Assembly (NCBI GenBank): GCA_964016885.1
Contig: OZ024743.1
Coordinates: 176,886,001 to 176,950,000, forward strand
Source of the DNA: Eledone cirrhosa
Taxonomy: Eukaryota
Length of the DNA stretch: 64,000 nt
Direction of reading: 5' to 3'
Both the position numbers and the translations under genes were made by a program. Below the pieces are notes generated by a model. The model did not search any database. It was given only the letters and a program-made list of their open reading frames with translations, and was not told the DNA's origin. Positions 11,278 through 24,459 of the stretch are shown one piece after another (position 1 is the first letter of the stretch; every line of letters begins with the position of its first letter).

Positions 11278-11690
11278 ACCTTACTTATGATCACGAATCT
11301 TGGGTAATAAGACGATCGTGAATACAAGCAGCCGAAATGGGGTTCCTCCAAAGGCTCTTTGGAGTAACGTTACTTGATAGACTGCATACATAGCTCAGAG
11401 ATTACAAAGTCCTTCCGGGTAGAGCTGCTACTTCTCCTAATTGAGTGATCACAGCTCTAATACTATGAGCATGTGGTTAGAATGTCTCAGGAAAGAATCG
11501 CTGGGCAAACCAACTGGCAGGAGACCCAGTGGTAGACTCCAAGCAAGAATGTTGGATAACATCCATAAGCTTGGGGATCCAGCTGGATCAGTTGGAGACA
11601 GTTGCTTCTGACAAGACCCGCTGGAAGGTTTGTTTGAGGACTTTGTCCCCATGACCCTCTCAGGAATAAGCGGGTGAAGAAGAAAGAAGA
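11278..11690 (+). mobile_element. RTE-clade LINE 3' fragment (second family)
   Basis: Encodes degenerate LTYDHESWV...IQAAEMGFLQRLFGVTLLDR...HVVRMSQER...PTGRRPSGR; GAA-rich tail. Confidence 0.7.
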
Positions 11691-12012
11691 CCTCTACATA
11701 TTTCTATATATTCAACAGTACACCACTAAATATTTACCAGTGCACCTTTACATATTTCTATATATTTACCACTACACCTCTATAAACTTCTATATATTTA
11801 CCAGTACACCACTACCTATTTCTATATACTTACCAGTACACCACTACATACTTCTATATATTTATCAGTACACCTCTACGTATTTCTATATATATACTAG
11901 TAAACTTCTATATATTTCTATATTCACCAGTACACCTCTATATATGTCTATATATTTACCAGTACACCTCTATATATTTACCAGTAAGCTTCTATATATT
12001 CACCAGTACACT
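11691..12012. repeat. Degenerate AT-rich minisatellite (~31 bp)
   Basis: About 10 variants of TTTACCAGTACACCTCTATATATTTCTATATA. Confidence 0.75.
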
Positions 12013-12534
12013 TAAACCCATTTCTCTTAACATCATTTCATCATAACATTAATTAAACATAAAAACAAATATTGTCAAATATAAATTCATTCCCTTTCTT
12101 TTGTAGCTATTACATTTTTCAGTTCAGTAAAATAGAAAGATACAAGTGTATGGAGATATTAATTATTCAACTATTTTGAGAGAAGATACTTATCACCCAA
12201 CCTGTTCTATTTCATGATTTTCACCTATAATACAATCTTTATATATCAACTATCTATTCCATGAAGTTGTAAAGCTTTTAAAGTGTGATATTACTTCAAA
12301 TATAAACTAAACAATGATATGTTAAGGATGAAACTGTATTAAACAGATATAAACAAATACACTTCTAAAGCAGGATCTGTTTGATCATTGTTAATCTACT
12401 TGAAATTCTTGAAAGTAACTCTACTTTCTCCAGTATACTAAATGCAGAAGTTTCCTTTTCAGTTTAGCACTAGTAAGTTATGTTTCTGCTTGCGTCTCAC
12501 CCATAATACTGAATGAAACTTGTAATTTGATATA

Positions 12535-12538
12535 CAAA

Positions 12539-12578
<40 letters not shown>

Positions 12579-12920
12579 GAAAATTATTGTGTACAGTGCT
12601 CAGGTGCCCTACAACTCATCAAGGGTGCATGTATAATACATAGAATAATTGTTTCTACTTTTTGGCACAAGGCCAGCAATTACCCAGTTCATTACTGGTA
12701 CTTTATTTTATCGACCCCGTAAGGATGAAAGGCAAAGTTAACCTCGGCGGGATTCGAACTCAGAATGGCAAGGGCCTTAACTCTGTGCATCAAAGCATAG
12801 CGTCCGACCCTCTACCGATACTGCCAATCTACCGCCCTTTAGAATAATGTACAAATGTCAGGAAAGCAAACACTGTATGAGTGTATATACACATATACGT
12901 TCAACATTACATATGTGTGT
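12535..12920 (-). mobile_element. CR1-type LINE 3' UTR fragment with (TTTA)n tail, split by a SINE
   Basis: 12578-12649 plus 12849-12885 match 25902-26008. Confidence 0.8.
12650..12839 (-). mobile_element. Full-length tRNA-derived SINE (Nin/Deu-like core) with a 9-bp TSD
   Basis: On the minus strand: A box TGGCAGTATCGG, B box GAGTTCGAATCC, core GCCTTTCATCCTTACGGGGTCGATAAAATAAAGTACCAG. TSD TAGAATAAT at 12641-12649 and 12840-12848. Confidence 0.87.
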
Positions 12921-12922
12921 TT

Positions 12923-13145
12923 TTAACCCTTTAGTATTTACATTACTCTATATTTACTATTGTATTTTCATGGTAAAGTCTTTACCTCACATAAATAATT
13001 ATTTCACATAATATCAAATCTATGAGATTTTGATATTATTTGTTTTGAGAACAATACCTTAACGTCAGTATGAGGGGCAGGTTAAGGTCGGTTTGAACAG
13101 AATGAGGTGAGAGAATTCTGGCTGGTTTAAATGCTAAAGGTTTAA
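12923..13145. mobile_element. TTAA-flanked MITE (piggyBac-like)
   Basis: TTAA-CCCTTTAG...CTAAAGGT-TTAA termini; related copies at 28171, 30137 and 31965. Confidence 0.75.
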
Positions 13146-13299
13146 ATGGCTCAAATGACTCTTTCACACAGAAATTGTTTTAGTTTCAACACATGGCGTC
13201 AGATCAAGTCACTTGTCAGACAAGTACAATTTTGAAAAGTTGAGGGCTTCAACCAAGTTACTAAAACTCTGAAGGATAGTGTTACATGTTGTCTATTAA

Positions 13300-13640
13300 T
13301 AATGATTTCTAATTTAGGTACAAGGCCAGCAATTTGGAGGAGAGAGGGATTAGTCAATTATACTGCCCACAGTAGTTGACTGGTACTTTATTTTATCAAC
13401 CCTGGAAGAATGAAAAGCAAAGTTTACCTCATCAGGATTTGAACCTAGGACATCAAGAGCCAGAGCAAATACTGTCAAGTTCAGAAATTTGAGGAGAGGG
13501 GCTATTTGATTATACTGACCTAAGTATTTAACTGGTACATTATTTTATCAACCCCGGAAAGATGAAAAGCAAAGTTGACACAGTGGGATTCGAACTCAGA
13601 ATGTAAAGAGCGAAAATAAATATTGCTAAGTATTTGTCTG
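13300..13640 (-). mobile_element. Two adjacent diverged SINE copies of the 12650 family
   Basis: Each carries CTGGTAC..TATTTTATCAACCC.GGA.GA.TGAAAAGCAAAGTT..C...GGATT.GAAC. Confidence 0.75.
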
Positions 13641-13864
13641 ACACTAAAATACTCTGAGTCAGATAAAAACGCAACTCCAAATGTTTATAGTCTAAAATGT
13701 TCACTACACAGGATAAGGAACCATGAGTAGCCTGAAAAAATGCAATGTAACCCTGCATGTAATTGTTAGAAGTAACTAAAAGGGTTGGCATAAGGAAGGG
13801 TCATAAAACACAGCCTCAAAATATCCCATCAAATTCCACACATGTATGGAAAAACAAACAAAAA

Positions 13865-14158
13865 TCATGATGGTGGTGATGGCGATTGTGATGATAACAA
13901 TCATAGGGATTATAGTTGTGGTGGTGATGATGGTTATGATAATAGTGGTGGTGGTGGTGGCAACAATGATGTTGGTGATGGTGATGACAATGGTAGTGGT
14001 GGTGGTGGTGGTGGTGATGACAATGACGGTGGTGATGGTGGTGGTGGCGGTTTGTGGTGATGGAGGTAGTGGTGGTTGTGATGATGATGATGATGATTTG
14101 ATAATACTGGTGGTGGCAATGTTGATGGAGGTAGTATTGGTTGTGACGATGACAACGC
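13865..14158. repeat. (GGT/GAT)n low-complexity tract
   Basis: Mixed trinucleotide runs. Confidence 0.8.
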
Positions 14159-15181
14159 TGATGATGGTATGATATAATACCGGTGGTGATGGATGTTGCA
14201 GTGGTGATGGACGATGGTATGAAGATGGTGGTGGTGTCGGTGAAGACGATGATGATGATGGTATGATATAATACCGGTGGTGATGGATGTTGCGGTGGTG
14301 ATGGACGATGGTATGAAGATGATGGTGGTGTCGGCGAAGACGATGATGATGATGGTATGATATAATACCGGTGGTGATGGATGTTGCGGTGGTGATGGAC
14401 GATGGTATGAAGATGATGGTGGTGTCGGTGAAGACGATGATGATGATGGTATGATATAATACCGGTGGTGATGGATGTTGCGGTGGTGATGGACGATGGT
14501 ATGAAGATGATGGTGGTGTCGGCGAAGACGATGATGATGATGGTATGATATAATACCGGTGGTGATGGATGTTGCGGTGGTGATGGACGATGGTATGAAG
14601 ATGATGGTGGTGTCGGCGAAGACGATGATGATGATGGTATGATATAATACCGGTGGTGATGGATGTTGCGGTGGTGATGGACGATGGTATGAAGATGATG
14701 GTGGTGTCGGCGAAGACGATGATGATGATGGTATGATATAATACCGGTGGTGATGGATGTTGCGGTGGTGATGGACGATGGTATGAAGATGATGGTGGTG
14801 TCGGCGAAGACGATGATGATGATGGTATGATATAATACCGGTGGTGATGGATGTTGCGGTGGTGATGGACGATGGTATGAAGATGATGGTGGTGTCGGTG
14901 AAGACGATGATGATGATGGTATGATATAATACCGGTGGTGATGGATGTTGCGGTGGTGATGGACGATGGTATGAAGATGATGGTGGTGTCGGCGAAGACG
15001 ATGATGATGATGGTATGATATAATACCGGTGGTGATGGATGTTGCGGTGGTGATGGACGATGGTATGAAGATGATGGTGGTGTCGGCGAAGACGATGATG
15101 ATGATGGTATGATATAATACCGGTGGTGATGGATGTTGCGGTGGTGATGGACGATGGTATGAAGATGATGGTGGTGTCGGC
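14159..15181. repeat. 94-bp minisatellite, ~11 near-identical copies
   Basis: The CCGG of TAATACCGGTGG recurs at 14180, 14274, 14368 ... 15120 (period 94). Confidence 0.95.
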
Positions 15182-15387
15182 AGCATGCCAGAGTGTTCTG
15201 TGACAAACTAAAATCTGCTAATCCGACTACAATTTTACTGAGAGTTAATTGAGAGGAGTAATTTATGAGAGTTACATTAAAATTTCCATTACGTAAGATT
15301 TATCAGTCTGTCTACTAATCAACTTTACATTCACATGTATATGTATTTCATCTACTTTACAAGTGCAGAACACTGTACTGTGGAAAT

Positions 15388-18300
15388 ATGTGTGCGTGTT
15401 TGTGCATGTGTGAGTGAGTTTGTGTGAGTGTCTGTGTGTATGTGTCAGTGTGTTTGTGTGTATGTGTGAGTGTTTGTGTGCGTGTGTGTGTTTGTGCCTG
15501 TGTGTATGTGTGAGTGTGTTTGTGTTTGTGTCTGTGTGTATGTGTTTGTGTGTGTCTGTGTGTATGTGTGAGTGTTTGTGTGCGTGTGTGTGTTTGTGCC
15601 TGTGTGTATGTGTGAGTGTGTTTATGTGTGTGTTTGTGTGAGTGTGTGTGTCTGTGTGTATGTGTGAGAGTGTTTGTGTGCGTGAGTGTGTTTGTGCCTT
15701 TGTGTATGTGTGAGCGTGTTTGTTCATGTGTGAGTGTGTTTGTATGCCTTTGTGTGTGTGTGACTGTGTGTATGTGTGAGTGTCTTTGTGTGCGTGAGTG
15801 TCTTTGTGTGCGTGAGTGTGTTTGTGCCTTTGTGTATGTGTGAGCGTGTTTGTGCATGTGTGAGTGTTTTTGTATGCCATTGTGTATGTGTGAGTGTCTT
15901 TGTGTGTGTGTCTGTGTGTATGTGTGAGTGTGTTTGTGTGCGTGAGTGTGTGTGTGCCTTTGTGCATGTGTGAGCGTGTTTGTGCATGTGTAAGTGTGTT
16001 TGTATGTGTGAGTCTGTTTGTGTGCGTGTGTTTGTGTGTGTGTCTGTGTGTTTGTGTGCGTGAGTGTGTTTGTGCCTTTGTGTATGTGTGAGTGTGTTTG
16101 TGTGTGTGTATGTGTGAGTGTGTTTGTGTGTGTGTCTGTGTGTATGTGTGAGTGTGTTTGTGTGCGTGAGTGTGTGTGCCTTTCTGTATGTGTGAGTGTG
16201 TTTGTGCCTTTCTGTATGTGTGAGTGTGTTTGTGTGCGTGAGTGTGTGCCTTTCTGTAAGTGTGAGCGTGTTTGTGCATGTGTGAGTGTGTTTGTATGCC
16301 TTTGTGTATGTGTGAGTGTGTTTGTGTGTATGTGTGAGTGTGTTTGTGCCTTTGTGTATGTGTGAGCGTGTTTGTACATGAGTGAGTGTGTTTGTATGTG
16401 TCTGTGTGTATGTGTGAGTGTGTTTGTGTGCGTTAGTGTGTTTGTGCCTTTGTGTATGTGTGAGTGTGTTTGTGTGTGTGTATGTGTGAGTGTGTTTGTG
16501 CCTTTGTGTATGTGTGAGTGTGTTTGTGTGTGTGTGTGTATGTGTGAGTGTGTTTGTGTGTGTGTCTGTGTGTATGTGTGCGTGTGTTTGTGTGCGTTAG
16601 TGTGTTTGTGCCTTTGTGTATGTGTGAGCGTGTTTGTGCATGTGAGAGTGTGTTTGTATGCCTTTGTGCATGTGTGAGTGTGTTTGTGTGCGTTAGTGTG
16701 TTTGTGCCTTTGTGTATGTGGGAGCGTGTTTGTGCATGTGAGAGTGTGAGTGTTTGTGAGTGTGTCTGTGTGTATGTGTGAGTGTGTTTGTGTGCGTGAG
16801 TGTGTGTGTGCCTTTGTGTATGTGTGAGCGTGTTTGTGCATGTGTGAGTGTATTTGTATGCCTTTGTGAGCGTGTTTGTGCGTGTGTCTGTTTGTATGTG
16901 TGAGTGTGTTTGTGCCTTTGTGTATGTGTGAGCGTGTTTGTACATGTGTGAGTGTGTTTGTATGTGTGTTTGTGTGCGTTAGTGTGTTTGTGCCTTTGTG
17001 TATGTGTGAGTGTGTTTGTGTGTGTGTCTGTGTGTATGTGTGAGTGTGTTTGTGTGCGTGAGTGTGTTTGTACCTTTGTGTATGTGTGAGTGTGTTTGTG
17101 CATGTGTGAGTGTGTTTCTATGCCTTTGTGTATGTATGAGTGTGTTTGTGTGTGTGTATGTGTGTATGTGTGAGTGTGTTTGTGTGCGTGAGTGTGTTTG
17201 TGCCTTTGTGTATGTGTGAGTATCTTTGTGTCTGTGTGTATGAGTTTGTGTGTGTATGTATGTGTGAGTGTGTTTGTGTGTGTGTGTTTGTGTGTGTGAG
17301 TGTGTTTGTGTCTTTGTGTATGTGTGAGCGTGTTTGTGTATGTGTGAGTGTATTTGTATGCCTTTGTGCATGTGTGAACGTGTTTGTGTGTGTCTGTGGA
17401 GTGTTTGTGTGCGTGTGTGTGTTTGTGCCTTTGTGTGAGTGTGTTTGTGTGTGTGTGTGTGTATGTGTGTGTGCATGTGTGAGTGTGTTTGTGCGCGTGA
17501 GTGTATGTGTGCCTTTGTGCATGTGTGAGCGTGTTTGTGCATGTGTGAGTGTGTTTGTGTGTGTGTTTGTGTGCGTGAGTGTGTGTGTGCCTTTCTGTAA
17601 GTGTGAGCGTGTTTGTGCATGTGTGAGTGTGTTTGTATGCCTCTGTGAGTGTGTTTGTGCGTGTGTCTGTGTGTATGTGTGAGTGTGTTGTGCCTTTGTG
17701 TATGTGTGAGCGTGTTTGTGTATGTGTGAGCGTGTTTGTACATGTGTGAGTGTGTTTGTACATGTGTGAGTGTGTTTGTATGTGTCTGTGTGTATGTGTG
17801 AGTGTGTTTGTGTGCGTTAGTGTGTTTGTGCCTTTGTGTATGTGTGAGTGTGTTTGTGTATCTGTGTGTATGTGTGAGTGTGTTTGTGTGTGTGTATGTG
17901 TGTATGTGTGAGTGTGTTTTTGCCTTTGTGTATGTGTGAGTGTGTTTGTGTGTGTGTGAGTGTGTTTGTGTATGTGTCTGTGTGTATGTGTGTGTGTGTT
18001 TGTGTGCGTTAGTGTGTTTGTTCCTTTGTGTATGTGTGAGCGTGTTTGTGCATGTGAGAGTGTGTTTGTATGCCTTTGTGTATGTGTGAGTGTGTTTGTG
18101 AGTGTGTCTGTGTGTATGTGTGAGTCTGTTTGTGTGCGTGAGTGTGTGTGTGCTTTTGTGTATGTGTGAGCGTGTTTGTGCATGTGTGAGTGTGTTTGTA
18201 TGCCTTTGCGAGTGTGTTTGTGTGTGTCTGTGTGTATGTGTGAGTGTGTTTGTGCCTTTGTGTATGTGTGAGCGTGTTTGTACATGTGTGAGTGTGTTTG

Positions 18301-21300
18301 TATGTGTCTGTGTGTATGTGTGAGTGTGTTTGTGTGCGTTAGTGTGTTTGTGCCTTTGTGTATGTGTGAGTGTGTTTGTGTGTGTGTCTGTGTGTATGTG
18401 TGAGTGTGTTTGTGTGCGTGAGTGTGTTTGTACCTGTGTGTATGTGTGAGTGTGTTTGTGCATGTGTGAGTGTGTTTGTATGCCTTTGTGTATGTATGAG
18501 TGTGTTTGTGTGTGTGTATGTGTGTATGTGTGAGTGTGTTTGTGTACGTGAGTGTGTTTGTGCCTTTGTGTATGTGTGAGTATCTTTGTGTCTGTGTGTA
18601 TGAGTTTGTGTGTGTATGTATGTGTGAGTGTGTTTGTGTGTGTGTGTTTGTGTGCGTGAGTGTGTGTGTGCTTTTGTGTATGTGTGAGCGTGTTTGTGCA
18701 TGTGTGAGTGTGTTTGTATGCCTTTGCGAGTGTGTTTGTGTGTGTCTGTGTGTATGTGTGAGTGTGTTTGTGCCTTTGTGTATGTGTGAGTGTGTTTGTA
18801 CATGTGTGAGTGTATTTGTATGTGTCTGTGTGTATGTGTGAGTGTCTTTGTGTGCGTTAGTGTGTTTGTGCCTTTGTGTATGTGTGAGTGTGTTTGTGTG
18901 TGTGTCTGTGTGTATGTGTGAGTGTGTTTGTGTGCGTGAGTGTGTTTGTGCCTTTGTGTATGTGAGTGTGTTTGTTTGTGTGTGTGTATGTGTGAGTGTG
19001 TGTGTCTGTGTGTGTGCGTTAGTGTGTTTGTGCCTTTGTGTATGTGTGAGTGTGTTTGTGTGTGTGTCTGTGTGTATGTGTGAGTGTGTTTGTGTGCGTG
19101 AGTGTGTTTGTACCTGTGTGTATGTGTGAGTGTGTTTGTGCATGTGTGAGTGTGTTTGTATGCCTTTGTGTATGTATGAGTGTGTTTGTGTGTGTGTATG
19201 TGTGTATGTGTGAGTGTGTTTGTGTACGTGAGTGTGTTTGTGCCTTTGTGTATGTGTGAGTATCTTTGTGTCTGTGTGTATGAGTTTGTGTGTGTATGTA
19301 TGTGTGAGTGTTTTTGTGTGTGTGTGTTTGTGTGCGTGAGTGTGTTTGTGTCTTTGTGTATGTGTGAGCGTGTTTGTGTATGTGTGAGTGTATTTGTATG
19401 CCTTTGTGCATGTGTGAGTGTGTTTGTGTGTGTCTGTGTATGTGGAGTGTTTGTGTGCGTGTGTTTGTGTGTGTGTGTGTGTGTATGTGTGTGTGTTTGT
19501 GTGTGTGTCTGTGTGTATGTGTGAGTGTGTTTGTGTGCGTGAGCGTGTGTGTGCCTTTGTGCATGTGTGAGCGTGTTTGTGCATGTGTGAGTGTGTTTGT
19601 ATGCCTTTGTGTCTGTGTGAGTGTGTTTGTGTGTATGTGAGTGTGTTTGTGTGCGTGAGTGTGTTTGTGTGTATGTGAGTGTGTTTGTGTGCGTGTGTGT
19701 ATGTGTGAGTGTGTTTGTGTGTGTGTCTGAGTGTATGTGTGAGTGTGTTTGTGTGTGTTAGTGTGTTTGTGCCTTTGTGCATGTGAGAGTGTGTTTGTAT
19801 GCCTTTCTGTATGTGTGAGTGTGTTTGTGTGTGTGTTTGTGTGCGTTAGTGTGTGTGTGCCTTTCTGTAAGTGTGAGCGTGTTTGTGCATGTGTGAGTGT
19901 GTTTGTATGCCTCTGTGAGTGTGTTTGTGCGTGTGTCTGTGTGTATGTGTGAGTGTGTTGTGCCTTTGTGTATGTGTGAGCGTGTTTGTGTATGTGTGAG
20001 CGTGTTTGTACATGTGTGAATGTGTTTGTACATGTGTGAGTGTGTTTGTATGTGTCTGTGTGTATGTGTGAGTGTGTTTGTGTGCGTTAGTGTGTTTGTG
20101 CCTTTGTGTATGTGTGAGTGTGTTTGTGTATTTGTGTGTATGTGTGAGTGTGTTTGTGTGTGTGTATGTGTGTATGTGTGAGTGTGTTTTTGCCTTTATG
20201 TATGTGTGAGTGTGTTTGTGTCTGTGTGTATGTGTTTGTGTGCGTTTGTGTGTTTGTTCCTTTGTGTATGTGTGAGCGTGTTTGTGCATGTGAGAGTGTG
20301 TTTGTATGCCTTTGTGTATGTGTGAGTGTGTTTGTGAGTGTGTCTGTGTGTATGTGTGAGTCTGTTTGTGTGCGTGAGTGTGTGTGTGCCTTTGTGTATG
20401 TGTGAGCGTGTTTGTGCATGTGTGAGTGTGTTTGTATGCCTTTGCGAGTGTGTTTGTGTGTGTCTGTGTGTATGTGTGAGTGTGTTTGTGTGCGTTAGTG
20501 TGTTTGTGCCTTTGTGTATGTGTGAGTGTGTTTGTGAATTTGTGTGTATGTGTGAGTGTGTTTGTGTGTATGTGTGAGTGTGTTTGTGCCTTTGTGTATG
20601 TGTGAGCGTGTTTGTACATGTGTGAGTGTGTTTGTATGTGTCTGTGTGTATGTGTAAGTGTGTTTGTGTGCGTTAGTGTGTTTGTGCCTTTGTGTATGTG
20701 TGAGTGTGTTTGTGAATTTGTGTGTATGTGTGAGTGTGTTTGTGTGTGTGTATGTGTGTATGTGTGAGTGTGTTTTTGCCTTTGTGTATGTGTGAGTGTG
20801 TTTGTGTCTGTGTGTATGTGTGTGTGTGTTTGTGTGCGTTAGTGTGTTTGTTCATTTGTGTATGTGTGAGCGTGTTTGTGCATGTGAGAGTGTGTTTGTA
20901 TGCCTTTGTGTATGTGTGAGTGTGTTTGTGAGTGTGTCTGTGTGTATGTGTGAGTCTGTTTGTGTGTGTGAGTGTGTGTGTGCCTTTGTGTATGTGTGAG
21001 CGTGTTTGTGCATGTGTGAGTGTGTTTGTATGCCTTTGCGAGTGTGTTTCTGTGTGTATGTGTGAGTGTGTTTGTGCCTTTGTGTATGTGTGAGCGTGTT
21101 TGTACATGTGTGAGTGTGTTTGTATGTGTCTGTGTGTATGTGTGAGTGTGTTTGTGTGCGTTAGTGTGTTTGTGCCTTTGTGTATGTGTGAGTGTGTTTG
21201 TGTGTGTGTCTGTGTGTATGTGTGAGTGTGTTTGTGTGCGTAAGTGTGTTTGTGCCTTTGTGTATGTGAGTGTGTTTGTTTGTGTGTGTGTATGTGTGAG

Positions 21301-22836
21301 TGTGTGTGTCTGTGTGTGTGCGTTAGTGTGTTTGTGCCTTTGTGTATGTGTGAGCGTGTTTGTATGTGTCTGTGTGTATGTGTGAGTGTGTTTGTGCGTT
21401 AGTGTTTTTGTGCCTTTGTGTATGTGTGAGTGTGTTTGTGTGTATGTATGTGTGAGTGTGTTTGTGTGTGTGTATGTGTGTATGTGTGTATGTGTGAGTG
21501 TGTTTGTGCCTTTGTGTATGTGTGAGCGTGTTTGTGCATGTGAGAGTGTGTTTGTATGCCTTCGTGTATGTGTGAGTGTGTTTGTGTGTGTGTTTGTGTG
21601 TATGTGAGTGTGTGTGTGCGTTAGTGTGTTTGTGCCTTTGTCTATGTGTGAGCGTGTTTGTGCATGTGAGAGTGTGTTTGTATGCCGTTGTGTATGTGTG
21701 AGTGTGTTTGTGAGTGTGTCTGTGTGTCTGTGTGAGTGTGTTTGTGTGCGTGAGTGTGTGTGTGCCTTTGTGTATGTGTGAGCGTGTTTGTGCATGTGTG
21801 AGTGTGTTTGTATGCCTTTGTGAGTGTGTTTGTGCGTGTGTCTGTGTGTATGTGTGAGTGTGTTTGTGCGAGTGTGTTTGTGTGTGTGTGTCTGTGTGTG
21901 AGTGTGTTTGTGCCTTTGTGTGTGTGAGTGTGTTTGTGTGTGTCTGTGTGTGAGTGTGTTTGTGTGCGTGAGCGTGATCGTGCCTTTGTGTATGTGTGCG
22001 TGTTTGTATGCCTTTGTGTTTGTGTGAGTGTGTTTGTGTGTGTGTCTGTGTGTATGTGTGAGTGTGTTTGTGCCTTTGTGTATATGTGAGCATGTGTGTG
22101 TGTGTGTCTGTGTGTATGTGTGTGTGTTTGTGTGCGTGAGTGTGTTGTGCCTTTGTGTGTGTGTGAGTGTGTTTGTTTTTGTGTGTGTGTGTGTTTGTGT
22201 GCGTGAGTTTATTTGTGCCTTTGTGTGAGTGTGTGTGTGTGTCTTTGTGTATGTGTGAATGTATTTGTGTGTGTCTATGTATATATGTGAGCGCATTTGT
22301 GTGTACCTTTGTGTATGTGTGTGTGTATGTGTGAGTGTGTTTGTGTGTGTGAGTGTTTGTGCCTTTGTGTATGTGTGAGTGTGTATGTGTGTGAATGTAC
22401 TTGTGTGTGTTTATGTCTATGTGTGAGCACGTTTGTGAGTGTGCCTTTGTGTATGTGTGAGTGTTTTTGTGTGTGTGTATGTGTGAGTGTGTTTGTGTGT
22501 GTGAGTGTGTTTGTGCCTTTGTGTATGTGTGAGTGTGTTTCTGTGTGTGTGTCTGTGTGTATGTGTGCGTGAGTGTGTGAGTGTATTTGTGTGTGTCTAT
22601 GTGTGAGCGTGTTTCTGTGTGTGTGCCTTTGTGTATGTGTCAATATATTTGTGTGTGTCTATGTCTATGTGTGAGCGCGTTTGTGTGTGTCTGTGTGTGT
22701 GTAAGTGTATTTGTGTGCGTGAGTGTGTTTGTGCCTTTGTGTATGTGTGAGTGTGTGTGTCTTTGTGTATGTGTGAATGTATTTGTGTGTGTCTATGTCT
22801 ATGTGTGAGCGCGTTTGTGTGTGTGCCTTTGTGTAC

Positions 22837-22867
<31 letters not shown>

Positions 22868-23501
22868 AGTGTGTTTGTGTGTGTGTCTGTGTATGCGTGA
22901 GTGTATTTGTGTGCGCAAGTGTATTTGTGCCTTTGTGTACGTGTGAGTGTGTTTCTCTGTGTGTGTGTGTGTGTCTTTGTGTATGTGTGAATGTATTTGT
23001 GTGTGTCTATGTCTATGTGTGAGCGTGTTTGTGTGTGTGCCTTTGTGTAAGTGTGTTTGTGTGCGTGTGTGTGTTTGTGTATGTGTGAGTGTGTGTGTCT
23101 TTGTGTATGTGTGAATGTATTTGTGTGTGGCTATGTCTATGTGTGTGTGCCTTTGTGTATGTGTGAGTGTGTCTGTGTATGTGTGAGTGTGTTTCTGTGT
23201 GTGTGTGTCTTTGTGTATGTGTGAATGAATTTGTGTGTGTCTATGTCTGTGTGAACGTGTTTGTGTGTGTGCCTTTGTGTATGTGAGTGTGTTTGTGTGT
23301 GTGTGTGTATGTATGAGTGTGTTTGTGCCTTTGTGTATGTGTGAGTGTGTGTGTGTGTGTATGTATGTGTGCGCGTTTATGTCTGTGTGAGCACGTTTGT
23401 GTGTGTGCCTTTGTGTATGTGTGAGTGTTTTTGTGTGCGTGTATGTGTGAGTGTGTTTGTGTGTGTGAGTGTGTTTGTGCCTTTGTGTATGTGTGAGTGT
23501 G

Positions 23502-23532
<31 letters not shown>

Positions 23533-23990
23533 CTTTGTGTATGTGTGAATGTATTTGTGTGTGTCTATGTCTATGTGTGAGCGCGTTTGTGTGTGTGCCT
23601 TTGTGTATGTGTGAGTGTGTATGCGTGTGTCTATGTGTGAGCGTGTTTGTATGTGTGTGTGTATGTGTTTTTGTGAGAGAGTGCATTTGTGTATGTGAGT
23701 TTTTTTCTGTGTGTGTGTTTATATGTGTATTCATGTGTGTGTGAATGTATTTGTATATGTGACTGAGTTTGTGTATATGTGTGCATTTGTGTATGTGTAT
23801 GTGAAAGTATTTGTGTATATGTGTGTGAGTGCACTTGTGTATGTATGTGTGTGTTTTTGTGTATGTGTGTTTGAGTAAGTGTGTTTGTGTTTGAGAAAGT
23901 GTTTGCGTGAGCGTGTGTGTGTGTTTTGTTTGAATATATGCATATGTGTGTGTGTTTGTGTGTGAAAGTATATTCATGTGTGTTATATTT
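15388..23990. repeat. ~8.6-kb compound (GT)n-derived satellite
   Basis: Built from words such as TGTGTATGTGTGAGTGTGTT, TGTGCCTT and TGTGCATG; a more degenerate extension runs to ~24900. Confidence 0.93.
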
Positions 23991-24427
23991 TTCACATTTT
24001 ATGAATTTTACAAATTCATAACAGAACATTGTGTTATATTAAACATGTATTGTACTGTGTAAATATGTGTGTGTTTGTGTATGAGTGAGTGTGTTTGTGT
24101 ATGTATGCATTTGCTTGTGTATGTGTGCCTGCTTTTGCGAGAGCAAGTTTTTTTGAGTGTGTGTTTGTGTATGTGCATGTGAGTGTGTTTGTGAGAGAGA
24201 GAGAGTGTTTTTATATGTGTGTGTATTTGTGAGAGTGTGTTTGTATGTGAATGTATTCATGTGTGTGTGTGTTATATTTTTCACATTTTCTGTATTTCAC
24301 AAATCCAAAACAGAACAATGTCTTATATAGACGTGTGTATTTGTGCGTGAGAGTGTATGTATATGAGTGCGTGAAAGAGTGTGTTCATGTATTTGTTTTC
24401 ATATTTTTTGTATTTTACAAATGCCTA

Positions 24428-24459
<32 letters not shown>

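Noticed and set aside
12365-12445. Minus-strand ILEKVELLSRISS, faintly like a later CCDC138 segment
   Set aside because: The similarity is short and weak, the frame stops soon after, and the expected intervening exons were not found.
13776-15206. 456-aa and 476-aa minus-strand ORFs
   Set aside because: The unit is 94 bp, not a multiple of 3, so the peptide cycles through all frames; a CAT/CAC low-complexity artefact.
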